NCBI GenBank assembly: GCA_963815095.1
Contig: CAWFFH010000006.1
Location: 32,001-96,000, forward strand
Direction of reading: 5' to 3'
DNA: 64,000 nt
From: Candidatus Bathyarchaeota archaeon
Lineage (GTDB): Archaea > Thermoproteota > Bathyarchaeia > Bathyarchaeales > Bathycorpusculaceae
Shown: positions 53,377 to 63,282 of the stretch, piece by piece
Layout of the letters: every line of letters starts with the position of its first letter
Position numbering within the stretch: the first letter of the stretch is position 1
The notes under the pieces: model-generated
What the model was told of the DNA's origin: nothing
Database searches by the model: none
Seen by the model: the letters and a program-made list of their open reading frames with translations, nothing else
Position numbers and translations under genes: made by a program

Positions 53377-54054
53377 ATGAAGTTTAGCGGACTACAAAAA
53401 ATCAGTCTCGTCGACTACCCCGATAGGATAGCGTCAGTTCTGTTTACACCCGGGTGCAACCTTCGCTGCCCCTTCTGCCACAACTGGCGCATCGCTGTTG
53501 ACCCTCAACCGCCTTTTCTGCAGGAAGGCGTGGCATTAGAGATTTTGGAGAGTCGCAAAAAATACGTTGATGCAGTCGTGGTCACTGGAGGGGAACCGTG
53601 CATGCATAAGGAACTGCCTAAATTCTTAGCTAAACTCAAAGAGCGAGGTTTCATGGTAAAGTTAGATACGAACGGGTTCTTCCCAAATGTACTTGAAGAA
53701 TGCTTAGGTCATGTGGATTTTGTTGCTATGGATGTTAAAACCTGCAGTGACAAATACAAGTTGCTGGGCGCTAAAGAAACGACTGGTTTGATGCATACTA
53801 TGGAAATCCTGAAAACGGGTAAAGTGCCCTATGAATTTCGCACAACCGTTGTTCCTGAACTTGTCACGGCGCAGGATGCCACGTGCATTGGAGAGATGGT
53901 TAAAGGCTCAAAAACCCATGCGCTCCAACAATTTGTTCCACAGGACACATTGGACAAACGATATCAAACATTCAAGCCCTATGCACCCGAGACAATCACT
54001 GAATTTGCAAAATTAATTCAGCCCTTCACCGAAAAAGTGGTTGTCCGCATCTAA
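53377..54054 (+). CDS. nrdG: Anaerobic RNR activating radical SAM protein
   Basis: GCNLRCPFCHN, VTGGEP and KLDTNG motifs. Adjacent to nrdD. Confidence 0.92.
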   Translation: MKFSGLQKISLVDYPDRIASVLFTPGCNLRCPFCHNWRIAVDPQPPFLQEGVALEILESRKKYVDAVVVTGGEPCMHKELPKFLAKLKERGFMVKLDTNGFFPNVLEECLGHVDFVAMDVKTCSDKYKLLGAKETTGLMHTMEILKTGKVPYEFRTTVVPELVTAQDATCIGEMVKGSKTHALQQFVPQDTLDKRYQTFKPYAPETITEFAKLIQPFTEKVVVRI

Positions 54055-54316
54055 CTCTCTGTAGGGCGGACGTTGCCTTTTACCACAAGGCTAATTCCCA
54101 AGTTAGAATACTTAGAAGTAGTCGGCGCTAAGGCCCATAGGACTACTACTTCTATTTGAAAGAGAGAGGATCATTTTAGTTGAATGGTGACCGAAAAAAA
54201 TCTTGGTCCTTATCTATTACTGATATACTTGTTTTGCCCAAGGTGATATTTAGCGTTGAGGAGGTTCTAAAAGATCTGAATGCCTCTTTGGTTAGTTCTT
54301 CACTTGTTGGTTTTTG

Positions 54317-54837
54317 TCATTTCTTGAAGAATTTATCTATCACCAGATTTAGATGATAGAGGTAGTCTTCTTCGGGTCCAACGTATGTTTGAACCACCAA
54401 CATGGCCCTTTCTTTGATTTCGGCCTCTGAGACGTTTGCCTTCTTGATGCAGGCTTCGATGTCTTGCAAATCCCTGTGTCGTTTAGTCGTCCAATTTTGG
54501 TTACGATTATATCGACTGGTTGAAGAGCCCTCAGCACAATGTGGCTGAATTCTTTGATTTTGATGCTTTTCTCCAAGTAATCTTTGGGCAGTGTTTGGCA
54601 GAATATGCATCCGTCTGTCCATCGGTCAACTTTGTAGCCTGGCGGATTGCTTTTCAGAGCTTGCTCAAATTCTAGTCTATCGCAACCTGGAATTGTAAAG
54701 TCGATATCGATTGTTGAGGTTTTTAGGTCCAGCAGAGTCATGGCTGTCCCGCCTGCAGCGACGAGGGTGATCTTTTTAGTCAGGTCCTCGTTTAGTACGC
54801 TTAGAAAGTCAAAGAGGGAGTTTTTGTCACAGGGCAT
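54317..54837 (-). pseudogene. Frameshifted nucleotidyltransferase (DUF6036/AbiEii-like toxin)
   Basis: AGGTAM...STIDIDF NTase motif. KIGRLND continues as RDLQDIE in another frame after an extra AC at about 54475-54480. Confidence 0.75.
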
Positions 54838-55885
54838 TATAGAGTTCCAGCTTTTGCCTTATACTATCTTCATCTGCAGGAAATACTTGCGAGTTTATCA
54901 CTTTTAAGATTTTTACGGTTTTATCAACTTCTGGTTTAGGGTTTATTTGTCCCAGGACGGTTAGTATTCCCAATAATCTGGGTGAGACCTCGTACTTTTC
55001 GCTAAGAAACGCCAGAAGATTACTGTTAAAACTGTTCTTGGCGAGAATAACCGCTGCTGCATCAATCCCTCGCGCCTCTTCTCTGAGAAGCAATGATATC
55101 GTTATGTATTCAATGCAGAATTTTTTTCCCTCGACGAAGACAGTGCCAAACTCGCTGTACCCAAACCTGTTAAGGTTGAAGTTTAGGTCCGGGTCTGGGA
55201 TGCTTAGCGGTTTAGTTTCTGTGTGCAGTGTTCTGATTTGGTTTTTTTGTGCGATTTCTTTAATTTGGCTCCAGAACGCTTGAGGATTGTAGAGGATAAT
55301 TTGTTGGCTTAGAGCTTCTCTGATTGGGTTAATTTCATCTGAGGCTAAAAAGTCCAAAAAATAGTTTGCATCTAAGATTAGGCTACTTATTTTTAGGTTA
55401 AATTTTCGTTGAAGGTTCAGGGTGACTTTCTGGAGCTCTATTGTCTGATCGAGATAATCAGGAGTTACATTGAGGAGTGATAGTAGTTCGATTCGGTTTA
55501 ATTTAATGTTCTTTAGCGGGTTGATTGCGCTGATCGACCTAATGCAACATTTCTCACTTAGGGATTTGTCCATCTCGGCAAAGACGGAGAATAGGTTCGC
55601 TTTATTGGATAGGAATTCCAGTTTCTTTTCTAGCTCCATTTCAGAAAGAGTGTCAATCAAAAGGTAATTTTCAAAATTTAGCCTAATGCTTGAGGACCGT
55701 CCAATTGCTTCCAGGTTAAGCAAGCCCTTATTTTTTAGATCCTGCAATTTTTCGTAAATGTTTGCGTAATAAGCAGATCCATACCTACTCTTCATTCGGT
55801 TAGTTAATTCGTTAATTGATAAAGAATCACCTATGCTGGAAGAAATCGCTTCTAGGATTCGAATTGTGACAGTATTCATTACCAT
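54827..55885 (-). CDS. wHTH-containing putative antitoxin/regulator, coupled to the NTase gene
   Basis: N-terminal SLSINELT...YYANIYEKLQDLKNKGLL wHTH. Overlaps the NTase start. Confidence 0.65.
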   Translation of the reverse strand: MVMNTVTIRILEAISSSIGDSLSINELTNRMKSRYGSAYYANIYEKLQDLKNKGLLNLEAIGRSSSIRLNFENYLLIDTLSEMELEKKLEFLSNKANLFSVFAEMDKSLSEKCCIRSISAINPLKNIKLNRIELLSLLNVTPDYLDQTIELQKVTLNLQRKFNLKISSLILDANYFLDFLASDEINPIREALSQQIILYNPQAFWSQIKEIAQKNQIRTLHTETKPLSIPDPDLNFNLNRFGYSEFGTVFVEGKKFCIEYITISLLLREEARGIDAAAVILAKNSFNSNLLAFLSEKYEVSPRLLGILTVLGQINPKPEVDKTVKILKVINSQVFPADEDSIRQKLELYNAL

Positions 55886-55901
55886 TCATCACTGACCAAT
55901 C

Positions 55902-55941
55902 ATAGTATTTTTACTATAATGTTATAGTCAATTAACTATAA
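55902..55941. promoter_or_regulatory. Tandem inverted repeats ATAGT-N6-ACTAT
   Basis: 55902-55917 and 55924-55939 (the second extends to TTATAGT/ACTATAA), just upstream of the wHTH gene. Confidence 0.65.
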
Positions 55942-56399
55942 TAAAAAGACGACTAGCGCCATTTCATAAAAGTAAAAAACGATATAATCATATGAAATTT
56001 AAGTAATTACCTTTTTCCACCCTTAAGAATAAACATAGCTGTTTTGGCGTCCCAACCCTCAGTTAACATTCCCACTGAAATTACGTTTTGGATTTACTCA
56101 CCCTGTTTGCCAACACCGCCTACCGTATTTACCTGTTCACGCAGAAAGTCAGCCCCTTCTTCTATCAGTTAAATAGATGGCGAAATAGTCTTTAAGTCAA
56201 AAGAAGAAAAAACGTCGCTTCTGGAAAAAACTGATTTTTTCTTCTTCTAGAGTTTGTCTCAAGTTCTCGAGTGAAACGACTTCTCAACCCTTTGGTTCAT
56301 AGCAAAACAGAAAATAAAAAATTCAACGCACTATTTCTTCAAACTCAATAAAAGCCTAGCTGAATAGATCATCGTGGAAGACAATAGACATGGAACAGT

Positions 56400-56699
56400 T
56401 TATGACAAAGCTACGACGTCGCCATCATATGTCTGTAGAATAAGCTTGTCCCAAATGCCCTTTTTCCGCAACCATTTCCTATAATTCTCAGCTCCACTCT
56501 TGCCCAATTCTTCAGATTCCCACTCAGCAACAGCTACTGTCACATCAGCACTAGCTCGCATTAGCCTATAGCTTATGAACCCGGGTTGTTGATGAAAAAC
56601 CCTGACCCCTTCTGTATTAATCAGTTTAAAAATTTCTTTAGCCTCTGCAGAATGGAGATCAATGCGCCACTTACCTATTGAACAGCGAAGATAAGTCAA
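56400..56699 (-). CDS. ABM/dimeric alpha-beta barrel protein (intact paralog of 40926)
   Basis: QPGFISYRLMR...AEWESEE and GGTGA RBS. Confidence 0.78.
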   Translation of the reverse strand: MTYLRCSIGKWRIDLHSAEAKEIFKLINTEGVRVFHQQPGFISYRLMRASADVTVAVAEWESEELGKSGAENYRKWLRKKGIWDKLILQTYDGDVVALS

Positions 56700-56989
56700 A
56701 CTATCACCAATAGAGTGAGGGAGAGGTCTCTAATAGTATATTATGGAGCCTACCGATACAAAAATTATTTTTCCATATGTTTTGTTATTTTGAATTGTGA
56801 ATGAGTTGAAACAAGAAGAGCGCTGTATGCAGAGATTGTGTTTTCTTCTAGTTGCATGAGCGTTCTGCGTTTGTTGGAAAGCAAAGAAGAAACTTGCCGC
56901 GGGAAATCACGCGCTTTCAACACTTCGCAAAACATTAGAAAAGTAGTCATCTGTTGAATTTGCCGGACGACTCCTCTAATCCAAGACAG

Positions 56990-57232
56990 CTAATTTTCTT
57001 CTTGACACTCCGTTTTTGCTTCGGGTTTGTCTTGGAAGGCTTCGATGATCTCGAGGCTGCCATCGGTACTCCATGCTTTTGCGTCTGGAACAAAGGCTTT
57101 GTAGTGCTCCAGGTACTGCGAGTAGGCGCCATCTACAACTATCAGTGAGTCTGCGATGTCTCGGATGCTCTCAAGCATCTCAGCAATGAAAGTTCGATCA
57201 TTGTAGAGATTTAGTAGCGCATGCAGTTTCAA
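56990..57232 (-). pseudogene. N-terminal fragment of a GT-A (GT2-like) glycosyltransferase
   Basis: LNLYND...LESIRDIADSLIVVDG...STDGSLEII, truncated after about 70 aa. Confidence 0.6.
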
Positions 57233-57352
57233 AACTGACTTACCCCTGCATTTTAAAGAGGGTTTGTCAGCTAGCCATTATAAGACTTGAGCTATAGACT
57301 TTAATCACAAAACAATAGAGCAAATAACACTGAACTCGCCATTGAGTGCTTA

Positions 57353-57384
57353 GTCAAGGTTCCTTGACGAAAACCCTTATAAAA
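57353..57384 (+). promoter_or_regulatory. GTCAA-N6-TTGAC palindrome plus BRE/TATA
   Basis: GTCAAGGTTCCTTGAC at 57353-57368 and TTATAAAA at 57377-57384. Confidence 0.65.
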
Positions 57385-57417
57385 CAAAAATTTTTGGATA
57401 CCTATTGGAGATACCAA

Positions 57418-58386
57418 ATGAAAGCCCTGATTGTACTAATTACAATAAGCTTCATAGTTTCCCTTTCAATTGTTATGCTCCCTGTTAGAGCGCAAGAACC
57501 GCTCAGCTTAACCATTAAGCCAGATGGAAGCATTGAACCAAGTACAGATTTGCTAGAAAGAAATGGGAACACTTACACCTTTAAGGGCGACATTTTCGGC
57601 ACCATTTGGGTTCAAACCAACAATATTATAATTGACGGTGCAGGGCATTCGCTTCGAGGAAACGGAATTAGCACTGGTCAAAATTCGGAAATTGGCATAC
57701 TGCTAGGTGGACCTGATTTATCCTATCGAATATGCAGAAATGTCTTGGTTGAAAATTTAATGATTTCCAATATACCAAGAGGCATATTCTCTGTTGGCTC
57801 AAGTAACAACAGTTTCATCGGTAATTACTTCGATAAATCAGGTGTTCATCTCCAAGGAAGCGCAAATTACACAGGAGACTTGATAAAACACAACACTTTC
57901 ATAAATGCAAGCATCTTTGTTGATTACAATCCCCTTCCACTTGATGTTCTAACTGAGAATAATTTTATTTACACTGTGATATTCGTTGATTTATCTACTC
58001 CGCCAATTGTAGATAGGAATTACTGGAGCAATTATACAGCAGAATACCCCAACGCAAAGGAATTGGATAATTCTGGAATATGGGATACGCCAAATGTCTA
58101 TGACAAATTTATAGGCGGTAGCCATGGCAACTATTCAGCCATTGATTATCACCCATTAGTAAACCCCATAACCGATTTTGAGATTCCCAACTTCAGCCTT
58201 TTTCCATCAACGACACCTATCACAACAATGCATCCGACCATTAATACTGGTGCAGAACCACCACAAATCGAGCCTTTTTTAACAACATTAGTCATTGGGT
58301 CTGTAATTGTTGTTGCTGTGATTGGTGTTTTAAGTTTGCTGGTTTACCTCAAGAAACGCCATCCAAAATCGGGAGGTAAACCATGA
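57418..58386 (+). CDS. NosD/CASH-like beta-helix surface protein
   Basis: Signal peptide, IKPDGS, IDGAG, NYWSNY...GIWDTP and C-terminal INTGAEPPQIEPF plus TM. Confidence 0.82.
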   Translation: MKALIVLITISFIVSLSIVMLPVRAQEPLSLTIKPDGSIEPSTDLLERNGNTYTFKGDIFGTIWVQTNNIIIDGAGHSLRGNGISTGQNSEIGILLGGPDLSYRICRNVLVENLMISNIPRGIFSVGSSNNSFIGNYFDKSGVHLQGSANYTGDLIKHNTFINASIFVDYNPLPLDVLTENNFIYTVIFVDLSTPPIVDRNYWSNYTAEYPNAKELDNSGIWDTPNVYDKFIGGSHGNYSAIDYHPLVNPITDFEIPNFSLFPSTTPITTMHPTINTGAEPPQIEPFLTTLVIGSVIVVAVIGVLSLLVYLKKRHPKSGGKP

Positions 58387-60095
58387 GAAAGAATGTTGTA
58401 TTGCTGGTTGTTCTCGTCTTCTTGGCAACTTCATGTTTAACTGTAAATTTGCCCGTGAAGGCAGAATCTAAAACAATCACTGTACCGGACGATTTCCCCA
58501 CTATTCAAGAAGCCATCAACGCTGCCGACGAAGGAGACACAATATTCGTTAAGAGAGGCAGTTATGTGGAAAATCCAGTTGTCAATAAATCGGTTTCATT
58601 GGTTGGGGAAGATAGGGATGCAACTGTAATTGATGTGACAGCGGGTTTGAAGGTAGAAAGTGATAATGTGACTATAACAGGCTTGACCCTATATGATGGT
58701 TGGCAAGGAATAACAATATCTGCAAATTATTCCAAAATTTCAGGAAACAAGATAACAAATTGTCAATACGGCATAGTGTTACTCCATTCACAAAATAGCA
58801 CTATAACAGAAAATATACTTCAATCAATCGGACTTTCGGCTGCTATTCAGTTGAGCTACTCAAATAATAATTTGCTGAAAAATAATTATGTCGACTCATG
58901 CACGGAGGGAATTCAGCTTAGAGAAGGCAGTTCTAACAACATCGTTGAAGAAAATATTGTAACAAACTGTGACAATGTGGCTGTCCGATTGATGGGTTCG
59001 GGTGTTGGCAGAGTATGGTACGGTCCAAATAATAACACAATAACGCAGAATAGCATATCAAATTCAGGATGCGGAACAACCGTTTATGGTGCTAATGGAA
59101 ACATAATATCCAATAATAATTATGTTAACAATACCGTCCAGTTTTCAGCTAATGAAGATTATTATCTTGTCTGGGGTGGCAGCCGTTCTATTAACACTGT
59201 CGACCGAAATTATTGGAGTGAATACAACGGAACAGACACCAATAGGGATGGCATCGGTGATACCCCATACATCTTAGACGCATACAACCAAGATAATAAT
59301 CCAATGATGTTGCCGATTTCAGTTACAATGCCCAAGTCCGGACAAATTGGTGTTGTGCATTCGGGATCTCCTTCTGAACAGGATAGGGCGTTAGCGTTTA
59401 TTGAAAACGTTCTTCCAATAGATAGTACCCAATGGCATGTAGAACTCAAGGTTGACAGCAATGCAACAGATGCACAAGTTCGCCAGCGACTCGATATCAA
59501 TAACGTTTCTTTCAGTAATAGCGATAATGTGTTGATTTATTTTTTGGGTTCAATGGTAGGTACTGCGGATAGTCTGGAGGTCATTTTGGTAATCAGAGAA
59601 AACAGTTTTTACCAAGGAGTCGTGAATATCGATGACGCGCCATCTTACAATAGTTTTGGACGTCAACTCGAAGTGGCTAACATTACGAATTTCTTGGCTA
59701 ATTACCAGAGCTGGTCGGGGTCTGATTCAACAAAAATGATAGAGACGCTATCAAATGTCGATATAGCTCAAAATACCAGCACAACTTCAGGCAACCTCAC
59801 AATGTCAATCAATCGCACAAACGCTTCTACAGCGATCAGCTGGGTTTTCCAAGATTCTCGTACTTTTAGTGTTTCTTTCCAAAACAATTTCCCTGTCAGT
59901 TTTTATGATGAACGCCAGATTAATTCTATCATACCAACCTCAACACCGCTTCCAACAATTAATACAGGTGCAGAACCTCCACAGACAGAGCCATTCCCAT
60001 TAGTGCCTGTTTCAGCTGCTCTCTTATTTGTTGCAGTGGTTGGAGCCGTGCTGATCTACCCCAAGCTTAGGAAAAGAGGGAAAAACACTGGATAA
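58383..60095 (+). CDS. NosD/CASH beta-helix surface protein with additional C-terminal domain
   Basis: TITVPDDFPTIQEAINAA, NYWSEYNG...GIGDTPY and INTGAEPPQTEPF plus TM. Confidence 0.85.
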   Translation: MRKNVVLLVVLVFLATSCLTVNLPVKAESKTITVPDDFPTIQEAINAADEGDTIFVKRGSYVENPVVNKSVSLVGEDRDATVIDVTAGLKVESDNVTITGLTLYDGWQGITISANYSKISGNKITNCQYGIVLLHSQNSTITENILQSIGLSAAIQLSYSNNNLLKNNYVDSCTEGIQLREGSSNNIVEENIVTNCDNVAVRLMGSGVGRVWYGPNNNTITQNSISNSGCGTTVYGANGNIISNNNYVNNTVQFSANEDYYLVWGGSRSINTVDRNYWSEYNGTDTNRDGIGDTPYILDAYNQDNNPMMLPISVTMPKSGQIGVVHSGSPSEQDRALAFIENVLPIDSTQWHVELKVDSNATDAQVRQRLDINNVSFSNSDNVLIYFLGSMVGTADSLEVILVIRENSFYQGVVNIDDAPSYNSFGRQLEVANITNFLANYQSWSGSDSTKMIETLSNVDIAQNTSTTSGNLTMSINRTNASTAISWVFQDSRTFSVSFQNNFPVSFYDERQINSIIPTSTPLPTINTGAEPPQTEPFPLVPVSAALLFVAVVGAVLIYPKLRKRGKNTG

Positions 60096-60114
60096 AGCAT
60101 GAAGAAGCCAAAAA

Positions 60115-60573
60115 TTATGCTGCTTCTTTTTGAGCCCAAACAACTCGGCACTCCAAATTTCCAGCGCCGTTAGCAGTTGTCTTTCGCATCTCGATTTTTA
60201 TGCTGGGGTCTTCTAAGGGAGCATCAAAGCCGGTTAAGCGTTTATTTGCGGTGTCAAAGTCTAAGCCTTCACCATACATCTTTAGAAACGCCCAATAGTA
60301 AGTCGTGTGCGTTGCATTAAAGCTGCCTGTGAAAGTGCGGTTTTTTGTGGTGATTCTAACTTCAAGAGTCTCATCAGCCACCCAAACAATAGGCACAATA
60401 GAGTAGATACGAGCATTCACTTTGGTGTCTAAAACGGTGTACCATTGGTTCTGCTGTGGGTCAACTTGAACTAATACGGCGTCGGTCTGCAGAGCATACG
60501 GGGAATTCAGTGCCATTATAGCAGAGTAGATTGCTTTGTTTGCCTGCTCTTTATCGTTAAAATTTATGACCAT
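60115..60573 (-). CDS. Hypothetical beta-rich protein (possibly virus-derived)
   Basis: ATG start with upstream GGA-rich RBS. No recognised family. Confidence 0.6.
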   Translation of the reverse strand: MVINFNDKEQANKAIYSAIMALNSPYALQTDAVLVQVDPQQNQWYTVLDTKVNARIYSIVPIVWVADETLEVRITTKNRTFTGSFNATHTTYYWAFLKMYGEGLDFDTANKRLTGFDAPLEDPSIKIEMRKTTANGAGNLECRVVWAQKEAA

Positions 60574-60578
60574 CCCTT

Positions 60579-60662
60579 TCAGCTCCACTCAACAGCTACA
60601 AGAGCAGTCAATGCCACATAGATTGCCTCTACAGCTTGTTCCTCGTTATTGAAGTCAGTCAT
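60579..60662 (-). pseudogene. 27-aa ORF duplicating the N-terminus of the downstream gene
   Basis: MTDFNNEEQAVEAIYVALTAL versus INFNDKEQANKAIYSAIMAL. Confidence 0.5.
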
Positions 60663-60751
60663 ACGAGCGATCCCTAAATTCAATGGCTTGTTGATCGCTT
60701 TATAAAATTTGAGATGCACTCAACGGAGTTTGATTCACCTAGCTGCAAGTT
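60649..60751 (+). repeat. About 100-bp direct repeat, copy 1 (copy 2 at 61886-61986)
   Basis: Shared TTGAAGTCAGTCATAC.AGCGA and TCGCTTTATAAAATTTGAGATGCACTCAACG. Confidence 0.85.
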
Positions 60752-61057
60752 AACTCAACTCGCAGCTTTTGGATAAATGGGGCGAAGACCTAAAAAACGT
60801 TGAAGCGATTGCTCGCCTAAATTTCAGCGCAGAGGATATATCATCTTTCTTAAAATAATGTGTGCTCACTCAAAATTAGAAAGGTCAAGATAGAGCTGAA
60901 GAGTGATCCGTGGAAAATATTTTTGAGAAAAAATGCAAATTGGAGATTTGAGAATGTCACAGAAAAAATTTTAGAAAAAAAAGACGTTAATCCAAACGAA
61001 CTAAACAAAAAGAGTCGCTCGGTTTTAAGAAAGAAGAGATAGATTCTTAGTCTAAAA

Positions 61058-61462
61058 TTATATTCCCAATTCTGCGAGTTTTAGCGGACTGTTAATCTCT
61101 ATACCCTTTGTTTGTGTGATAAGACGAGTAAACTTGGAGTTTGCTTCAGCACCAATAGTCGCAACGCGATCGCCCTTATAATTCAGGGTTACAGTAATCC
61201 CTTCTCTGCATAAATCTTCAGCCATTTCTTTTAGGAGTGGTTGCATCTTTCTAGTTTCTTGGATAGTTTTGATGTTTCTGCGAATTGTTTGTCCGACACC
61301 CTTTTTTGTTGTCCCTTTGGTTGCACCTGATACTATTTCTTTAATAAATTTCTTATCAAGGGCATTTACTTCGATGTTTTTGTTCCGCACATTCACTTCG
61401 ATTTTTGGATCATTGTTTTGGCTTAGAGTTAACTTTCCAGACTTTAGAGTTTCAAATAGCAT
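61058..61462 (-). CDS. Hypothetical protein (start ATG 61462 or 61495)
   Basis: Globular basic ORF in an operon with 61512-61748. Confidence 0.65.
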   Translation of the reverse strand: MLFETLKSGKLTLSQNNDPKIEVNVRNKNIEVNALDKKFIKEIVSGATKGTTKKGVGQTIRRNIKTIQETRKMQPLLKEMAEDLCREGITVTLNYKGDRVATIGAEANSKFTRLITQTKGIEINSPLKLAELGI

Positions 61463-61511
61463 GGTAGTTAACTGCAAATCTGGTCGCCATCGCATTAGAA
61501 AATTAACTAAT

Positions 61512-61748
61512 TCATTTCTCCGCTTCTTTTGCCATCACGATGTCCAAGATTACTGCTCCATTTAGCCGAGCTTTAAAGACTCCTGCGTCAAGTGTTAGAT
61601 CTTCGAAGCTTAGTTTAATATCAGATTGTTTTCCAGCTAGCTTGTCTATAACTGCGATTATTGTATCACCAATTGTACCCGCGGCATTTTCCATTGATTC
61701 AGACACTTTTTCGGAAGCCTTTTTTAAATTTTCATCTTTATGTTCCAT
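61512..61748 (-). CDS. Small hypothetical protein
   Basis: AGGAG RBS and a TATA-like element upstream. Confidence 0.7.
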   Translation of the reverse strand: MEHKDENLKKASEKVSESMENAAGTIGDTIIAVIDKLAGKQSDIKLSFEDLTLDAGVFKARLNGAVILDIVMAKEAEK

Positions 61749-61885
61749 TAAAAATTCTCCTTAGATTATACCCATCTTTATAATTATTAACTGTATGTTG
61801 AGGTTGCCAGACTACAACATAGGCTTTTATGAGCTAAAAGGCATCCACTTATTTGGCTTTTCACAATTAAATTGATAATTATGGG

Positions 61886-61986
61886 TTGAAGTCAGTCATA
61901 CAAGCGAACCTAGATTCAATTGGGATATTGCTCGCTTTATAAAATTTGAGATGCACTCAACGAGTTGATCCACATACAAGCAAGTT
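61886..61986 (+). repeat. About 100-bp direct repeat, copy 2
   Basis: Matches 60649-60751. Confidence 0.85.
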
Positions 61987-61991
61987 CTGAT

Positions 61992-62114
61992 TTGACCAAT
62001 CCATCTCCAACCGATCCAGAATTTACATGGTTAACAATCTTTTCCTTGTTCCTCTCTCTGCTCTTTATTGTAATTAAGTTTAGGCATCGAAAAACCAGTA
62101 ACTTGAAGCAATGA
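61992..62114 (+). pseudogene. Orphan PEF-CTERM-like C-terminal tail (remnant or mini membrane peptide)
   Basis: NPSPTDPEFTWLTIFSLFLSLLFIVIKFRHRKTSNLKQ*, with no ectodomain upstream. Confidence 0.6.
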
Positions 62115-62236
62115 CCTTTTCAACGCTTGGGTGTATCCGCCCTCGGTATTCGTACTAGGTTAAAACTGTTGACTGGCCTTAGTCAAGGATGTTTTACCAA
62201 TAATCTTTTATTGCCTTTACCTACCTAATTTCAAGC

Positions 62237-62866
62237 ATGGGTAGAATCAGCAAGACTTTCACATTACTCCTAACTCTAACTATAATGATGTCATCTCTGA
62301 CATTTATGACAGTTAAGCTTGTAGATGCTCAATCAACACCTGTTACAGAAATTACGATTTTGTATCCTGCAAATGGTACGTTCTTCAATGTCAGTATGGG
62401 AGTTGATAGTTTCCAACTGAAATATACAACAAACAACCCTCCACTTTCATGGATAGGCTATAGTATTGATGGTGGTCAAAATAAAACCGCTTATGGAGAG
62501 TGGTTTAATGTTGATCAAATATTATATGATGCTGAAGGAAACCCAAGCGTTAGGGTATCTGGTGTTTTTGAGAGTGATGGAAACCATAGTTTGACCCTTT
62601 ACGCCAATAATACGGCAGGCGATTGGGCTATCCCTCAAATTGTTACGTATCTTGTCAACATTAATTCAGATACTGCCTTTCAACCAACAACTTCAACTCC
62701 AGTACAATCGCCATCTCTATCTCCAACCTCAACTCCAACACTATCTCCAAGAAATCCACCACATTTAGAACCGATAGATTACTTATTATCTATCAGCTTT
62801 GTACTGGCTGTTGTTATTGCATTATCTCTACTGCTTTTTACAATGCATCGAAAAACCAGTAACTAA
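62237..62866 (+). CDS. Secreted Ig-like protein with P/S/T linker and C-terminal TM
   Basis: Signal peptide, SWIGYSIDG...HSLTLYANN and tail HRKTSN. Confidence 0.8.
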   Translation: MGRISKTFTLLLTLTIMMSSLTFMTVKLVDAQSTPVTEITILYPANGTFFNVSMGVDSFQLKYTTNNPPLSWIGYSIDGGQNKTAYGEWFNVDQILYDAEGNPSVRVSGVFESDGNHSLTLYANNTAGDWAIPQIVTYLVNINSDTAFQPTTSTPVQSPSLSPTSTPTLSPRNPPHLEPIDYLLSISFVLAVVIALSLLLFTMHRKTSN

Positions 62867-62952
62867 AACAGGTAGACCTTTTCCGCGATGCTGCATAGAT
62901 TCCAATCATTAAGAACCAAGTTTGGAGCGTAATCAAAGAAACTAAATACTTC

Positions 62953-63282
62953 TTGTATAGAATAGGTGTTATGGTATCTTTGATTGAGATTCCATTCAGT
63001 TTAGTTGCTTATTCTATTATCGTTGCTCCATTTGTTATTCTAATTATTGGAGCTATTCTGTACCATTACAAACCCACCCATAGATTAACCGTTGGAATAT
63101 TTTTAGTTACTTTGGGAAGTTTTGGACTTGCTATCTTCTCTTTTGTCTTCTATCTTACTTTAATTAATGAGACTAGTAGCTTTGGAGTTTTACTTACTTT
63201 AACAACTGTTTGCACTGAAGTTTTTACTTTGTTTTTAGGGATAAAATCTTTAATGCGTAGAAATTCGAATCCAAACTTGTAA
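62953..63282 (+). CDS. Hypothetical 3-TM membrane protein
   Basis: Hydrophobic ORF. Confidence 0.6.
   Translation: MYRIGVMVSLIEIPFSLVAYSIIVAPFVILIIGAILYHYKPTHRLTVGIFLVTLGSFGLAIFSFVFYLTLINETSSFGVLLTLTTVCTEVFTLFLGIKSLMRRNSNPNL

Noticed and set aside
54114-54153. AGTAGTC...GACTACT hairpin after nrdG
   Set aside because: A single short stem with no further support as ncRNA or element end.
60860-61042. Lys-rich 60-aa ORF
   Set aside because: Low complexity, no RBS and no recognisable family.
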